A stretch of DNA of 64,000 nt from Thermodesulfobacteriota bacterium (GTDB taxonomy: Bacteria; Desulfobacterota; Desulfobacteria; Desulfobacterales; SURF-7): NCBI GenBank assembly GCA_049320885.1, contig JBMORA010000030.1:1-64000 (forward strand), read 5' to 3'. The notes beneath the pieces are model-generated. The model searched no databases. It worked only from the letters and a program-made list of their open reading frames with translations, and was not told where the DNA came from. The stretch's first letter is position 1, and each line of letters begins with the position of its first letter. Below, piece by piece: positions 1-9,698 of this stretch. The position numbers and the translations under genes were made by a program.

Positions 1-993
1 ATCGGAATCCTGATCACGGCAATAGGGGTCACTCCCCATCTGGTCGGAAACGATTATTATCTGGGCGTGCTGATATTTACGGCACTGAACTGCCTCACCT
101 GCATCGGGCTTTGTCTGCTGATGGGATACACAGGTCAGATATCCATCGGCCATGCGGCCTTCATCGCCATCGGCGCCTATTCGTCGGCCATACTTTCCAC
201 GAAATTCCATTGGTCGCCGTGGACCGCCATGGGCTGTGGAGTTTTGATCGCCGGCATGACTGCTGTTTTGGTGGGAATACCCACCCTGAGATTGAAGGGG
301 CATTATCTGGCCATGGCGACCCTGGGTTTTGCCTCCATCGTTCATATCGTATCCGTAGCAGCCGTGGACATAACCGGCGGCCCCGCCGGCATCGTCGGCA
401 TTCCCCGTCTTCGGCTCTTCGGCTTCGAATTGAATTCCGATACCCGTTATTATTACTTCAGCTGGGGTTTTGTGGTGGCAGGCCTGTATCTGGCCCTCAA
501 TCTGATCCATTCCCGGGTGGGGCGGGCGTTGCAGGCCATCCACGGCAGCGAGGACGCCGCTTCGTCCCTGGGAGTGAATATATCATTGGACAAGATAAAA
601 ATATTCATCCTGAGCGCGGTTTATGCGTCTGTCAGCGGCAGCCTCTACTCCCACTATGTCCTCTACATCGATCCGGGTCCTTTTGATGTGATGCATTCGG
701 TTCTACTGGTGACCATGGTGGCTGTCGGCGGCCTGCACAATATCTGGGGCGCGCTGTCCGGTGCGGTGTTGCTTTCGTTGCTGCCGGAGTTTCTATCGTC
801 CATGTCCGAACAGTTGCAGGCGATTGGTGTACAGTATAAAACCGATTATGATACGCTGATCTATGGGGGGATTCTATTGCTGATCATGCTCTTCCTGCCG
901 GAAGGTCTGTTTGTGGGACTCAGACGATCCGCAGGGCTTTTTTCCGGTCTTCTGGGAAAATATTCCGGGAGGAGTTCGGAAGATGTCCGATAA
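1..993 (+). CDS. livM: Branched-chain amino acid ABC transporter permease (5' truncated by window edge)
   Basis: Hydrophobic ORF with GYTGQISIGHAAF, LRLKGHYLAMATLGF and SRVGRALQAI motifs; frame 1 is open back to base 1; followed by two LivG/F ATPases. Confidence 0.9.
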   Translation: MGILITAIGVTPHLVGNDYYLGVLIFTALNCLTCIGLCLLMGYTGQISIGHAAFIAIGAYSSAILSTKFHWSPWTAMGCGVLIAGMTAVLVGIPTLRLKGHYLAMATLGFASIVHIVSVAAVDITGGPAGIVGIPRLRLFGFELNSDTRYYYFSWGFVVAGLYLALNLIHSRVGRALQAIHGSEDAASSLGVNISLDKIKIFILSAVYASVSGSLYSHYVLYIDPGPFDVMHSVLLVTMVAVGGLHNIWGALSGAVLLSLLPEFLSSMSEQLQAIGVQYKTDYDTLIYGGILLLIMLFLPEGLFVGLRRSAGLFSGLLGKYSGRSSEDVR

Positions 994-1744
994 AATGCTC
1001 GAAATCGTCAATCTGAAAAAAAAATTCGGTGGTGTCGTTGCCGTCGACAGCTTGAGTCTTTCCATCAACAAAGGGGAAGTGATCTCCCTGATCGGTCCGA
1101 ACGGAGCCGGCAAAACCACTGTTTTTAATTTAATCACCGGATTCCTGACGCCGACTTCAGGAAACATACTCTTTAAAGGCAGGGAGCTGAATCATAAAAA
1201 ACCGCATGCCGTCGCCGCCATGGGAATCGGCCGGACATTTCAAAATGTTCAGGTCTTTTCCAACATGACGGTTCTTGAAAATGTGATGGTGGGACGACAT
1301 CTGCGATCCCGCAGCGGCATGCTGATTTCCTCCATTTTGCCGCCCGTTCTCCGGCGAGAGGAAAACCGGATCCGGGCTTCCGCGGAAAAAAGCCTTCATC
1401 TGCTGGGCCTGACCAGGTTCGCCGATTTTCCCGCCGGCAGCCTGCCCCTCGGGAATCAGCGCATGCTGGAGATTGCAAGGGCACTGGCGCTGGAGCCGAC
1501 ACTTCTATTTCTGGACGAACCCGCTTCCGGATTGAATGCCCGCGAAACAATGGTCATGGGGGGATTGATTCAGAAAATAAAATCCATGAATATCACCGTG
1601 GTTCTTGTCGAACATGACATGGATCTGGTGATGGACATCTCCGACAGGGTGGCCGTGGTCAATTTCGGCAGGCTGATCGCCGAAGGAACGCCTAAGGAAG
1701 TACAGCTGAATCCGGATGTTATCAACGCCTATTTGGGAACCTGA
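983..1744 (+). CDS. livG: Branched-chain amino acid ABC transporter ATP-binding protein
   Basis: Walker A GPNGAGKTT, GIGRTFQN, LFLDEPASG, VEHDM; ATG at 983 after GGAGGAG. Confidence 0.92.
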   Translation: MSDKMLEIVNLKKKFGGVVAVDSLSLSINKGEVISLIGPNGAGKTTVFNLITGFLTPTSGNILFKGRELNHKKPHAVAAMGIGRTFQNVQVFSNMTVLENVMVGRHLRSRSGMLISSILPPVLRREENRIRASAEKSLHLLGLTRFADFPAGSLPLGNQRMLEIARALALEPTLLFLDEPASGLNARETMVMGGLIQKIKSMNITVVLVEHDMDLVMDISDRVAVVNFGRLIAEGTPKEVQLNPDVINAYLGT

Positions 1745-1748
1745 TTCC

Positions 1749-2486
1749 ATGCTTCGTCTGGTCAATGTCAACGGGTATTATGGTCTGGTGCATGTGCTGA
1801 AAAACGTAACCATGCACATCGACGAGGGCGAGATAGTCGCCATGCTGGGTTCAAACGGCGCCGGTAAAACTACTACCCTAAGAGTCATCAGCGGTCTGCA
1901 GCCTGTCAAGGACGGGAAAATTTTTTATCAGAACAAGGAAATCACGGGCATCCCGCCTGAGAAACTGGTCGATCTCGGCATCGCCCATGTTCCAGAAGGC
2001 CGTCAAATCTTCCGCCCCATGTCCGTCTATGAAAATCTTGAGTTGGGGGGGCACATCATTTTTAAACGCTATGGGAAATCCCAATTGAAGATCGACATTG
2101 AAAAAATGTTTGATCTGTTTCCCATATTGCAACAGAGAAAAAAGCAACTTGCCGGAACCTTGAGCGGAGGTGAGCAGCAGATGCTGGCCATTGCCATGGC
2201 ATTGATGGCAAGGCCCAGGCTGCTGCTGTTGGATGAACCTTCCATGGGGTTGGCGCCTCTGATTTTCAAGGAAATCTTCAGGCTCATTGAGCGGCTCAGA
2301 AAAGAAATCAAATTGACGGTCCTGTTGATTGAACAGAATGCCAACGCCGCCCTGAAAATAGCGGATCGCGGGTATGTGATCGAGACCGGACGGATCGTAA
2401 TGGAAGAAAATGCACGGGCATTGATGTCCAACCAGGAAGTGAAGCGGGCTTACCTGGGAAAAGACCAGAAGGAAATTTGGGAATAA
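1749..2486 (+). CDS. livF: Branched-chain amino acid ABC transporter ATP-binding protein
   Basis: GSNGAGKTT, HVPEGRQIF, LSGGEQQML, LDEPSMGLAP. Confidence 0.92.
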   Translation: MLRLVNVNGYYGLVHVLKNVTMHIDEGEIVAMLGSNGAGKTTTLRVISGLQPVKDGKIFYQNKEITGIPPEKLVDLGIAHVPEGRQIFRPMSVYENLELGGHIIFKRYGKSQLKIDIEKMFDLFPILQQRKKQLAGTLSGGEQQMLAIAMALMARPRLLLLDEPSMGLAPLIFKEIFRLIERLRKEIKLTVLLIEQNANAALKIADRGYVIETGRIVMEENARALMSNQEVKRAYLGKDQKEIWE

Positions 2487-2580
2487 TGAAGGACGGTGCA
2501 ACGGATGGCAAGACTGCCGGTTGCAAGATTGTCCCGTATGCGATAATCAGCTGACCAATACATCTTCGACAGGAAATGGT

Positions 2581-3873
2581 ATGACTTTCTGGAATAAAAA
2601 AATCGAATGCATGGATCGTCAGGAGATCGAACAGATTCAGCTGGAAAATCTGCAGGCCACGCTGAATCGGGTTTATAAAAATGTCCGGCACTACCGTAAG
2701 GTTTTTCGGGATATCGATTTCATGCCCGAAGACTTGAAAACCGTATCGGATATAAAAAGACTGCCGCTCATCACCCGCAGGGATTTGAGCCTGAATTACC
2801 CATACGATATGTTTGCGGTATCCCTTAGGGAAGTTGTCCGCCTGCACATGGCCTCCGTCAACTTTGACGATCCCATTGTGGTCGGTTTCACCCGCAACGA
2901 TATTCAAAACTGGGGAGAGTTGATCGCCCGCAACCTTACCGCCGTCGGCGTCACCAAGGACGATGTGGTTCAAATCGCGTTGACTTTCGGCATCGTCACC
3001 GGACCTTTCGGCGTGCAGGTCGGCGCGGAGCAGATCGGCGCCTCCGTTATCCCCATGTCCTCCAGAAAATTTCAGGATCAGGTTAAGATCATGAGGGATT
3101 TCCGGACAACGGTTCTGGTATCCACACCGACTGTCGCCCTGGGCCTCGCCCAGATGGTGGAGGAACTGGATGTGGATCCAAACAAACTCGCCCTGAAGCA
3201 TGCGATTCTGGGGTCCGAACCATGGTCTGAATCCACCCGCGCGGAAATCGAATCCGGCATGCAGGTCACTGCCACGGATACATATGGCTTGACAGAACTG
3301 TTCGGTCCCGGAGTTGCCTGGGAATGCCCGGTGAAAAACGGTTTACACATCGCCGAAGACCATTTTATACCTGAAATCATCCATCCGGTAACGCTTGAAT
3401 CCTTGCCTCCGGGAACGGAGGGGGAACTGGTGCTGACATCCATATCCAAGGAAGCTTTCCCCTTGATTCGTTTCCGCACCGGCGACATCACCAAAATCGA
3501 TTACTCGCCCTGCGCCTGCGGCCGGACCCATTGCCGGATTTCGCGGATTTTCCAAAAATGCGATGATGTGGTCGTTGTCAAGGGGACCAGCATTGCGCCG
3601 GAACAGATATCCCGCATCATTGCCAGGATCATCGGCGGCCAGCCGGTTTTTCAACTGGTGATCGAACAGATCAATAAATTGGATCAGCTTGTTGTGCTCC
3701 TTGAAATCTCAGACATCACTTTCTTTGATGAGATGAAAAAGCAGAATATCCTGGTTGAAAGCCTTCACCGCGAGATATCGGAATTTCTCGGATGGGAAGT
3801 CACCGTCAGATTGGTTGAACCGGGCACTTTCGATTCAAACCGCAAGGTATTGGATAAACGAATCTGGAAATAG
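2581..3873 (+). CDS. Phenylacetate-CoA ligase (PaaK)-family protein with degenerate catalytic motifs
   Basis: PaaK-like throughout (YPYDMFAV, GSEPWSE, YGLTE, EDHFIPEII, GELVLT, IRFRTGD, CACGRT), but the SSGTTG P-loop is replaced by MASVNFD. Confidence 0.85.
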   Translation: MTFWNKKIECMDRQEIEQIQLENLQATLNRVYKNVRHYRKVFRDIDFMPEDLKTVSDIKRLPLITRRDLSLNYPYDMFAVSLREVVRLHMASVNFDDPIVVGFTRNDIQNWGELIARNLTAVGVTKDDVVQIALTFGIVTGPFGVQVGAEQIGASVIPMSSRKFQDQVKIMRDFRTTVLVSTPTVALGLAQMVEELDVDPNKLALKHAILGSEPWSESTRAEIESGMQVTATDTYGLTELFGPGVAWECPVKNGLHIAEDHFIPEIIHPVTLESLPPGTEGELVLTSISKEAFPLIRFRTGDITKIDYSPCACGRTHCRISRIFQKCDDVVVVKGTSIAPEQISRIIARIIGGQPVFQLVIEQINKLDQLVVLLEISDITFFDEMKKQNILVESLHREISEFLGWEVTVRLVEPGTFDSNRKVLDKRIWK

Positions 3874-3923
3874 GGCCTGAAAACACCCGCCGCTTTCAGA
3901 ATTCCCCGGCGGAAGGATACCCT

Positions 3924-4367
3924 TCACGGATCGATTTGCGAATGGATCACCTGTTGATAATCCAGCAATTCGACGGAATGGGCCATCAGGATTTCAATCG
4001 CCCGGTCCAGCTCACTGCATTTCAATATCAATACGGCGTATTCCTTGCTGCCCTCGCTGAGACCGTAAATATATTCCGTATTCAGATTTGCGGCTTCGAT
4101 GATTTTCAGCAACCGGCCCAACTCTCCGGGCCTGTCCTTCAGTTTCACGGCGATCACTTCCGTCAGCCGGACGGTGAAGCCGCGTTCCTTGAGGCGCTGT
4201 TTGGCTTTTTCAATATCATCGACAATGAGTCGCAATATACCGAAATTGGCGGTATCGGCCAGTGAAATAGCCCGGATATTCACGCCGATATCTCCCAAGA
4301 CTTCCGCGATTCCGGCAAGTCGGCCGGTCCTGTTCTCAATAAAGACGTTCAGTTGCTCAATTTTCAT
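3924..4367 (-). CDS. Tandem ACT-domain protein
   Basis: QLNVFIENRTGRL, NIRAISLADT.FGILRLIV, DRPGEL: the two-ACT family often found near paaK genes. Confidence 0.85.
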   Translation of the reverse strand: MKIEQLNVFIENRTGRLAGIAEVLGDIGVNIRAISLADTANFGILRLIVDDIEKAKQRLKERGFTVRLTEVIAVKLKDRPGELGRLLKIIEAANLNTEYIYGLSEGSKEYAVLILKCSELDRAIEILMAHSVELLDYQQVIHSQIDP

Positions 4368-4411
4368 GTCCACCTGCCGCGAATCCGTGCACATTCGGAA
4401 TCAGACGGGGA

Positions 4412-5446
4412 TCACAGGGGGAACGGCGCACGGTCCAGGCCCCTGGTTTCATCAATTCCCAGCATCAGGTTCATGTTTTGGACAGCTTGTCCGGCAGCGC
4501 CTTTCACCAGATTGTCAATGGCGGATACCATGATCAGGCGGTTTGTTGAAGCTTCTAGTTTTATGGCGATGTCACAGAAATTGGTGCCGCGAACAGCGGC
4601 CACATTGGGAAAGAGTTGTTCCGGACATATTCGGACAAACGGGCTCGCGTTATAAAATTGGATCAGACAGTCGCGAATTTCCGCTTCCTTCCATGGGGTT
4701 TGAAGGGATGCATATATGGTCGTCAGCATTCCCCGGTTGAGAGGCACCAGATGGGGGACGAATGTGACTCTTATGTTTTCCGTTGCTTCCCGGCTCAACA
4801 GGCTTTCGATTTCCGGTGTATGACGATGGGAGGCGATTTTATAGGCCTTGAATGCTTCATTCACTTCGCAAAAATGAGTGCCGAGGGACGGGGATCTTCC
4901 GGCGCCGCTGACGCCCGATTTTGAATCGATGATGATCGTTTTCGGGTCGATGACACCTGCTTTCACCAGTGGAAGCAATGGCAGCAAGGCACTGGTGGGA
5001 TAACAACCGGGGTTGCCGATTACATCCGCGTTCCGGATTTCATCCCGATAGATTTCCGATAAACCGTAGACGGCTTTGTCGCAGAATTCGGGGGCTGAAT
5101 GGGCCTGGTAAACCGCTTCATAGATTCGGACGTCACGGAATCTGAAATCGGCTGACAAATCCACGACTCTTTTACCGTGACGGATCAGCTCCGGCACAAT
5201 GGCCATGGATAATTTGTGCGGCAAGGCAGTGAAAAAAAAGTCCGCTTTTCGGCAACAGCTTTCCGTTGCATATGTTTCGCAAACCAGATCAACAACGCCC
5301 GTCATGGACGGATAGACGGCATGAAAGGGGTCCCCCGCATACTGACGCGAAGTGACCACGGTAAGCTCCACTTCCGGATGGTCGCACAGGATTCGAACGA
5401 GTTCGGCCCCGGCATATCCGGTGGCCCCGATGACCCCCACTTTCAT
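4412..5446 (-). CDS. argC: N-acetyl-gamma-glutamyl-phosphate reductase
   Basis: GATGYAG, DLSADFR, GNPGCYPT, SGVSGAG, DNLVKGAAGQAVQN. Confidence 0.97.
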   Translation of the reverse strand: MKVGVIGATGYAGAELVRILCDHPEVELTVVTSRQYAGDPFHAVYPSMTGVVDLVCETYATESCCRKADFFFTALPHKLSMAIVPELIRHGKRVVDLSADFRFRDVRIYEAVYQAHSAPEFCDKAVYGLSEIYRDEIRNADVIGNPGCYPTSALLPLLPLVKAGVIDPKTIIIDSKSGVSGAGRSPSLGTHFCEVNEAFKAYKIASHRHTPEIESLLSREATENIRVTFVPHLVPLNRGMLTTIYASLQTPWKEAEIRDCLIQFYNASPFVRICPEQLFPNVAAVRGTNFCDIAIKLEASTNRLIMVSAIDNLVKGAAGQAVQNMNLMLGIDETRGLDRAPFPL

Positions 5447-5481
5447 GATGGCTGCTCCTTATGAACCGTAATGACAGTCAA

Positions 5482-5940
5482 TCAACTATCGGTATTCCGG
5501 GCGGGATTCCGGACGATCATCACCGAGCAGGAAGCCTTGTGGGACACCCTTTTGGCGACGCTGCCGAATACCACCAATCCCATTCCGGCCAGGCCGAAGG
5601 CGCCCATGACCACCAGATCGATCCGGTTTTCATCGATAAACCGAAGAATTTCCGTCGAGACGTGCCCCTCAAGAACCGTCAGGCCGTATTCCAGGGGTTC
5701 GGCGATTCTGGTTCCGTATTGACCTTCCATTTTTTCCTCGATTTTGACAAACAGGGACGGATCGGGCTGGGAGTAAGTGACACCGTCAAAATCGGTAAAA
5801 AGCGGATTGACCACAGGGGGGACCACATGCAGGATATGAAGTTTCGCCCTGAATTTTTCCGCGACTTCCACGGCGGTCTCAAAAGCCAGATCGGCGTTTT
5901 TCGAAAAATCGGTACAGAAGGCGATATGTTGAAACGACAT
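5482..5940 (-). CDS. Universal stress protein (UspA family)
   Basis: CTDFSKNA, ILHVV, DLVVMGAFG, FGSVAKRV. Confidence 0.9.
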   Translation of the reverse strand: MSFQHIAFCTDFSKNADLAFETAVEVAEKFRAKLHILHVVPPVVNPLFTDFDGVTYSQPDPSLFVKIEEKMEGQYGTRIAEPLEYGLTVLEGHVSTEILRFIDENRIDLVVMGAFGLAGMGLVVFGSVAKRVSHKASCSVMIVRNPARNTDS

Positions 5941-6002
5941 GGTTACCTCCCAATGAAGCCCCTAATGGAGCCAATGTTAAGAGCAATGAGCGTGGGGCCC
6001 GA

Positions 6003-7181
6003 TCACGAGATCTGGTATACTTTCTTCAGGTATGCCACAAATTCCGGATCCTCGCACATCCCCCTGCCGTCGCTGTCACAAATTTTGGCCACCGGCTGCC
6101 CGTTGCATTCGACCATTTTGATGACGATGTCGGCCGGCGGTATGCCGACGTCATTGGTCAACTGTGTGCCGATTCCGAAGGAAACCTTGATCATCTCATG
6201 AAAGGTCTGATGGAGTTCCACCGCGGTTTCAAAATTGATGCTGTCGGAAAAAATGGCGGATTTGGTTAACGGATCGATGCCCAGCTTATCATAATGCTCG
6301 ATCAATTTGACACACCAGGAAACCGGATCGCCACTGTCGTGTCTGCAGCCATCGAACAATTTTGCGAAATACAGATCAAAATCCCGTAAAAAGGCCTTGA
6401 ACCCTACGACGTCGGACAGGACGATACCCATATCACCCCTGTATTCCTGGGCCCAATCATCCAGCGCGGCCCTCTGACTGTCCGCAAAACGAACTCCCAG
6501 CTGTTGATGGGCCATCAACCATTCATGGGACATGGTGCCGATTGGTTTCAGCTTATAGCGCATGGCGAAATGCACGTTGGTGGTGCCGACAAACAAATGC
6601 GGCCGGAATTTCGACCGCAATACATCGAGGACCATGGCGTGCCATTTCCGGGAATACCGTCTGCGGGTGCCGAAATCGGCGAATTTAAAACCAGGAACCT
6701 GACCGGTTTTCAACAGATCGGTTAAATAGGTGGTCTTTTTATCCAGAAGCTTGCCCCCGGTTTCGTAGGCCGTTTCCTTATCGATCTGATGGCGGCTGTA
6801 GATTTCACTTACAATGGCCAGTACCGGAACTTCAAATAAAATAGTGGATATCCATGGCCCTTCGATATCAATCTTCAACGATTGGTTGTCATCCAGGGAA
6901 ACCTTGATGTAATCCCTGTTCAGCTGAAAAAGCCGCAGATAGTCGATGAAATCGGCCTTGAAAAAAGAGATGGTGGACAAATAGCGGATTTCATCATCCT
7001 GGAACCTCAGGGAGCACAAGTGGTCGATCTCTTCCTTGATTTCATCGAGATAGGGAATTTTTTTGTCGTTACGACAGTTGAATTTATATCGGACCGTAAC
7101 GGCCGGATATTGATGCAACACCGCTTGCGCCATGGTGAGTTTGTAAAAATCCGTATCGAGCAAACTTTTGATGATAGCCAT
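6003..7181 (-). CDS. pncB: Nicotinate phosphoribosyltransferase
   Basis: SLLDTDFYKLTM, DFGTRRR, GTMSHEW, RHDSGDP, FGIGT. Confidence 0.96.
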   Translation of the reverse strand: MAIIKSLLDTDFYKLTMAQAVLHQYPAVTVRYKFNCRNDKKIPYLDEIKEEIDHLCSLRFQDDEIRYLSTISFFKADFIDYLRLFQLNRDYIKVSLDDNQSLKIDIEGPWISTILFEVPVLAIVSEIYSRHQIDKETAYETGGKLLDKKTTYLTDLLKTGQVPGFKFADFGTRRRYSRKWHAMVLDVLRSKFRPHLFVGTTNVHFAMRYKLKPIGTMSHEWLMAHQQLGVRFADSQRAALDDWAQEYRGDMGIVLSDVVGFKAFLRDFDLYFAKLFDGCRHDSGDPVSWCVKLIEHYDKLGIDPLTKSAIFSDSINFETAVELHQTFHEMIKVSFGIGTQLTNDVGIPPADIVIKMVECNGQPVAKICDSDGRGMCEDPEFVAYLKKVYQIS

Positions 7182-7363
7182 TTCTGTTCTCCGGTCTCTC
7201 TGTTTTCGTCCGCCTGCGGCAACAAAATCCGGTTCGCGGCGCGCTGATATCCCTACTCGAATCCATGTCCATAAACAGATAGTTCCCTTTTAACAAGGAA
7301 TTGACAAATAATCAATATGATGATGCATTTAATTCATCCAGCTGGTTTTCCGGCAGGTTTTTC

Positions 7364-7393
7364 TTGACAAAGCGTTCCCTCACCACCTAAATT
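7364..7393 (+). promoter_or_regulatory. Putative sigma70 promoter for the acyl-CoA synthetase gene
   Basis: TTGACA (7364-7369), 18-nt spacer, TAAATT (7388-7393) in an AT-rich divergent intergenic region. Confidence 0.5.
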
Positions 7394-7410
7394 AACCTTT
7401 ACGTTAATTT
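7389..7410. promoter_or_regulatory. Palindromic operator (LiuR-like)
   Basis: AAATTAAC-CTTTAC-GTTAATTT: perfect 8-bp arms overlapping the putative -10. Confidence 0.5.
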
Positions 7411-7512
7411 TATATATGAACGTCCAATGGACGGAATTGAGACAGAAGCCATTGATATCGATATTGAATCAATAATACATGAAATGATCATACATCTGAC
7501 GGGATACTCACA

Positions 7513-9690
7513 ATGGACCATCCGGACCAAACCACGCCCCTAAAACGAAACGTGCTGACCGAATATCATGCCAAACAGTTTCTCAAACAATATGCGATCC
7601 CGGCAACGCCCGAAATCATCGCCGCCGATGCGGATGAAGCCGTGTCAGCGGCCCGATCATTCGGTTTTCCGGTGGTCCTGAAGGGCATGGGTTCCTCGCT
7701 TCTTCATAAGACCGAGCGCGGCCTGGTCCATCTCCACCTTGGAACCGCGGAAGCGGTAAGAGATGCCGCCGGAAAAATCATCCGCGAAGCCGGGAAGGAA
7801 TTGGAAGGACTTCTGGTTCAGCCGATGATGACCGGGGCGAGAGAGTTTGTCGCCGGCCTTTTCCGTGACCGTGTTTTCGGTCCGGTGGTGATGTTCGGTC
7901 TGGGTGGAATCTTTACGGAAGCCCTGTCCGATGTAAGTTTCCGATTGGCGCCCCTCACCGGAACGGATGCAAGGGAAATGATGAATGAAATCAGGAGCGC
8001 CTCCTTGCTGGGGCCATTCCGCGGAGAGCCGGCGGTGGATGTCAATGCCCTTGCCTCCATCCTGATGGGTTTGTCGGAAATCGGTATGGCCTGTCCCCAT
8101 ATCGCTGAAATCGATATCAACCCCTTGATCATTACCAGGGACGGGAAACCCGTGGCGGTGGATGCCCTTGTCGTGGAGGAGATCTCGGGGGCAGGAAAGG
8201 ATTTTCTCCAGCCGGTGGAACCTGGAATCGTCGGCTCTCTTTTTTATCCCAAGTCCATTGCTTTTGTCGGCGCCTCGGGAGCCATCGGCAAATGGGGCTA
8301 TACCCTGCTCACCAATACCATCGGCGGGGGATATGCCGGTAAAATCTACATGGTCAATCAAAAGGGCGGAACCATAGCCGGTCACCCTGTCTACCCGTCG
8401 ATTCTGGATATTCCGGGAAAAGTGGATGTGGCGGTGGTGACCATTCCGGCCGAAGCCGTTGCGGATCTGATACCGCAATGTAAAACCAAAGGCATCAAAC
8501 GGATGCTGCTGATCGCCTCGGGTTTTTCCGAAACCGGAATGGAAGGCAAATCAAAGGAAATCGAGCTGGTCAACAAAGCGCGCGAAGCCGGTGTGTATAT
8601 CATCGGGCCGAATACCATGGGAATCTGTAACCCGCATATCCATTTCTATTGCACCGGCAGCCATGTTCGTCCCCTGCCGGGCAGCATCGGTGTCGTGGCC
8701 CAGTCCGGAAACATGGGCAACCAGCTGCTTGCCTTCGCCGAGCAGCAGGGAATCGGTATCCGGGGGTTTTGCGGTTCTGGAAACGAGGCCATGATCACCA
8801 TCGAAGACTACCTGGATGCGTTTGAAGTGGATCCGCTGACGGAAACCGTGATGCTGTATATCGAAAGCGTGAAAAACGGCCGCCGGTTTTTCGAAAGCGC
8901 CCGCCGCCTGGGAAAAAAGAAGCCCATCGTGCTGTTGAAAGGAGGGCAAACAAAGGCCGGCAACAAGGCGGCATCCAGTCATACCGGCGCCATGACCTCC
9001 GACACCCGTGTTTTTAATGCGGTATGCCGACAGGCAGGCATCGTCCGTGTCGACAAACCGATGGACTTGCTGGATTTGTCGGCTGCTTTTTCATCCTTGC
9101 CCCTTCCCGTGGGCAACCGTGTCGCGATCATGACGCTCGGCGGCGGCTGGGGGGTCGTGTCGGCCGATCTTTGCGAAGCCTATGGGATGGAAGTGGTGCC
9201 GCTTTCCAAGGACATTATTGAAAAAATCGACCGGATCCTTCCGCCTTTCTGGAGCCGGGCCAATCCCATCGATCTGGTGGGTGACAACGACATGTCCATC
9301 CCCCTGTCCATCCTGGAAGAACTGGCGAACTGGGACGGATGCGACGCCATCATCAACCTCGGCATCATGGGCCGACGCCACATGGTCTCCCAGCTTGCCG
9401 ATTCGATAAGAAAGGCCGATACTTCCTACACCGATGAATTTTTGAATAAAATCAATGAAAGGCTGATTCAGTTCGAGGAACGATATGTCCGGCAGATCAT
9501 TGCCCTGATGGAAAAACACCACAAACCGATCATCGGGGTCGCCATGCTGAAGGATGAAAAAGATCGCACCGTGTACACCATCGAGGGCGGCACCTACAAG
9601 GGGGTCTTCTTTTCAGCCCCCGAACAGGCGGTGCAATCCCTGGCAAAAATGTACGAATATCAGAAGTTCATCGGACGGGAGACAGAATAA
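7513..9690 (+). CDS. ADP-forming acetate/acyl-CoA ligase family protein, with the ATP-grasp domain N-terminal
   Basis: N-terminal LTEYHAK, GFPVVLK, HKTERG, FGPVVMFGLGGIFTE, EIDINPL; then CoA-binding PKSIAFVGAS, GPNTMG, QSGNMG; phospho-His motif SHTGA; NPIDL. Confidence 0.9.
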   Translation: MDHPDQTTPLKRNVLTEYHAKQFLKQYAIPATPEIIAADADEAVSAARSFGFPVVLKGMGSSLLHKTERGLVHLHLGTAEAVRDAAGKIIREAGKELEGLLVQPMMTGAREFVAGLFRDRVFGPVVMFGLGGIFTEALSDVSFRLAPLTGTDAREMMNEIRSASLLGPFRGEPAVDVNALASILMGLSEIGMACPHIAEIDINPLIITRDGKPVAVDALVVEEISGAGKDFLQPVEPGIVGSLFYPKSIAFVGASGAIGKWGYTLLTNTIGGGYAGKIYMVNQKGGTIAGHPVYPSILDIPGKVDVAVVTIPAEAVADLIPQCKTKGIKRMLLIASGFSETGMEGKSKEIELVNKAREAGVYIIGPNTMGICNPHIHFYCTGSHVRPLPGSIGVVAQSGNMGNQLLAFAEQQGIGIRGFCGSGNEAMITIEDYLDAFEVDPLTETVMLYIESVKNGRRFFESARRLGKKKPIVLLKGGQTKAGNKAASSHTGAMTSDTRVFNAVCRQAGIVRVDKPMDLLDLSAAFSSLPLPVGNRVAIMTLGGGWGVVSADLCEAYGMEVVPLSKDIIEKIDRILPPFWSRANPIDLVGDNDMSIPLSILEELANWDGCDAIINLGIMGRRHMVSQLADSIRKADTSYTDEFLNKINERLIQFEERYVRQIIALMEKHHKPIIGVAMLKDEKDRTVYTIEGGTYKGVFFSAPEQAVQSLAKMYEYQKFIGRETE

Positions 9691-9698
9691 GCGACATT

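Noticed and set aside
7301..7315. FNR/CRP-like box TTGAC-AAATA-ATCAA
   Set aside because: Spacer is 5 nt rather than 4; more simply a -35 element in AT-rich DNA
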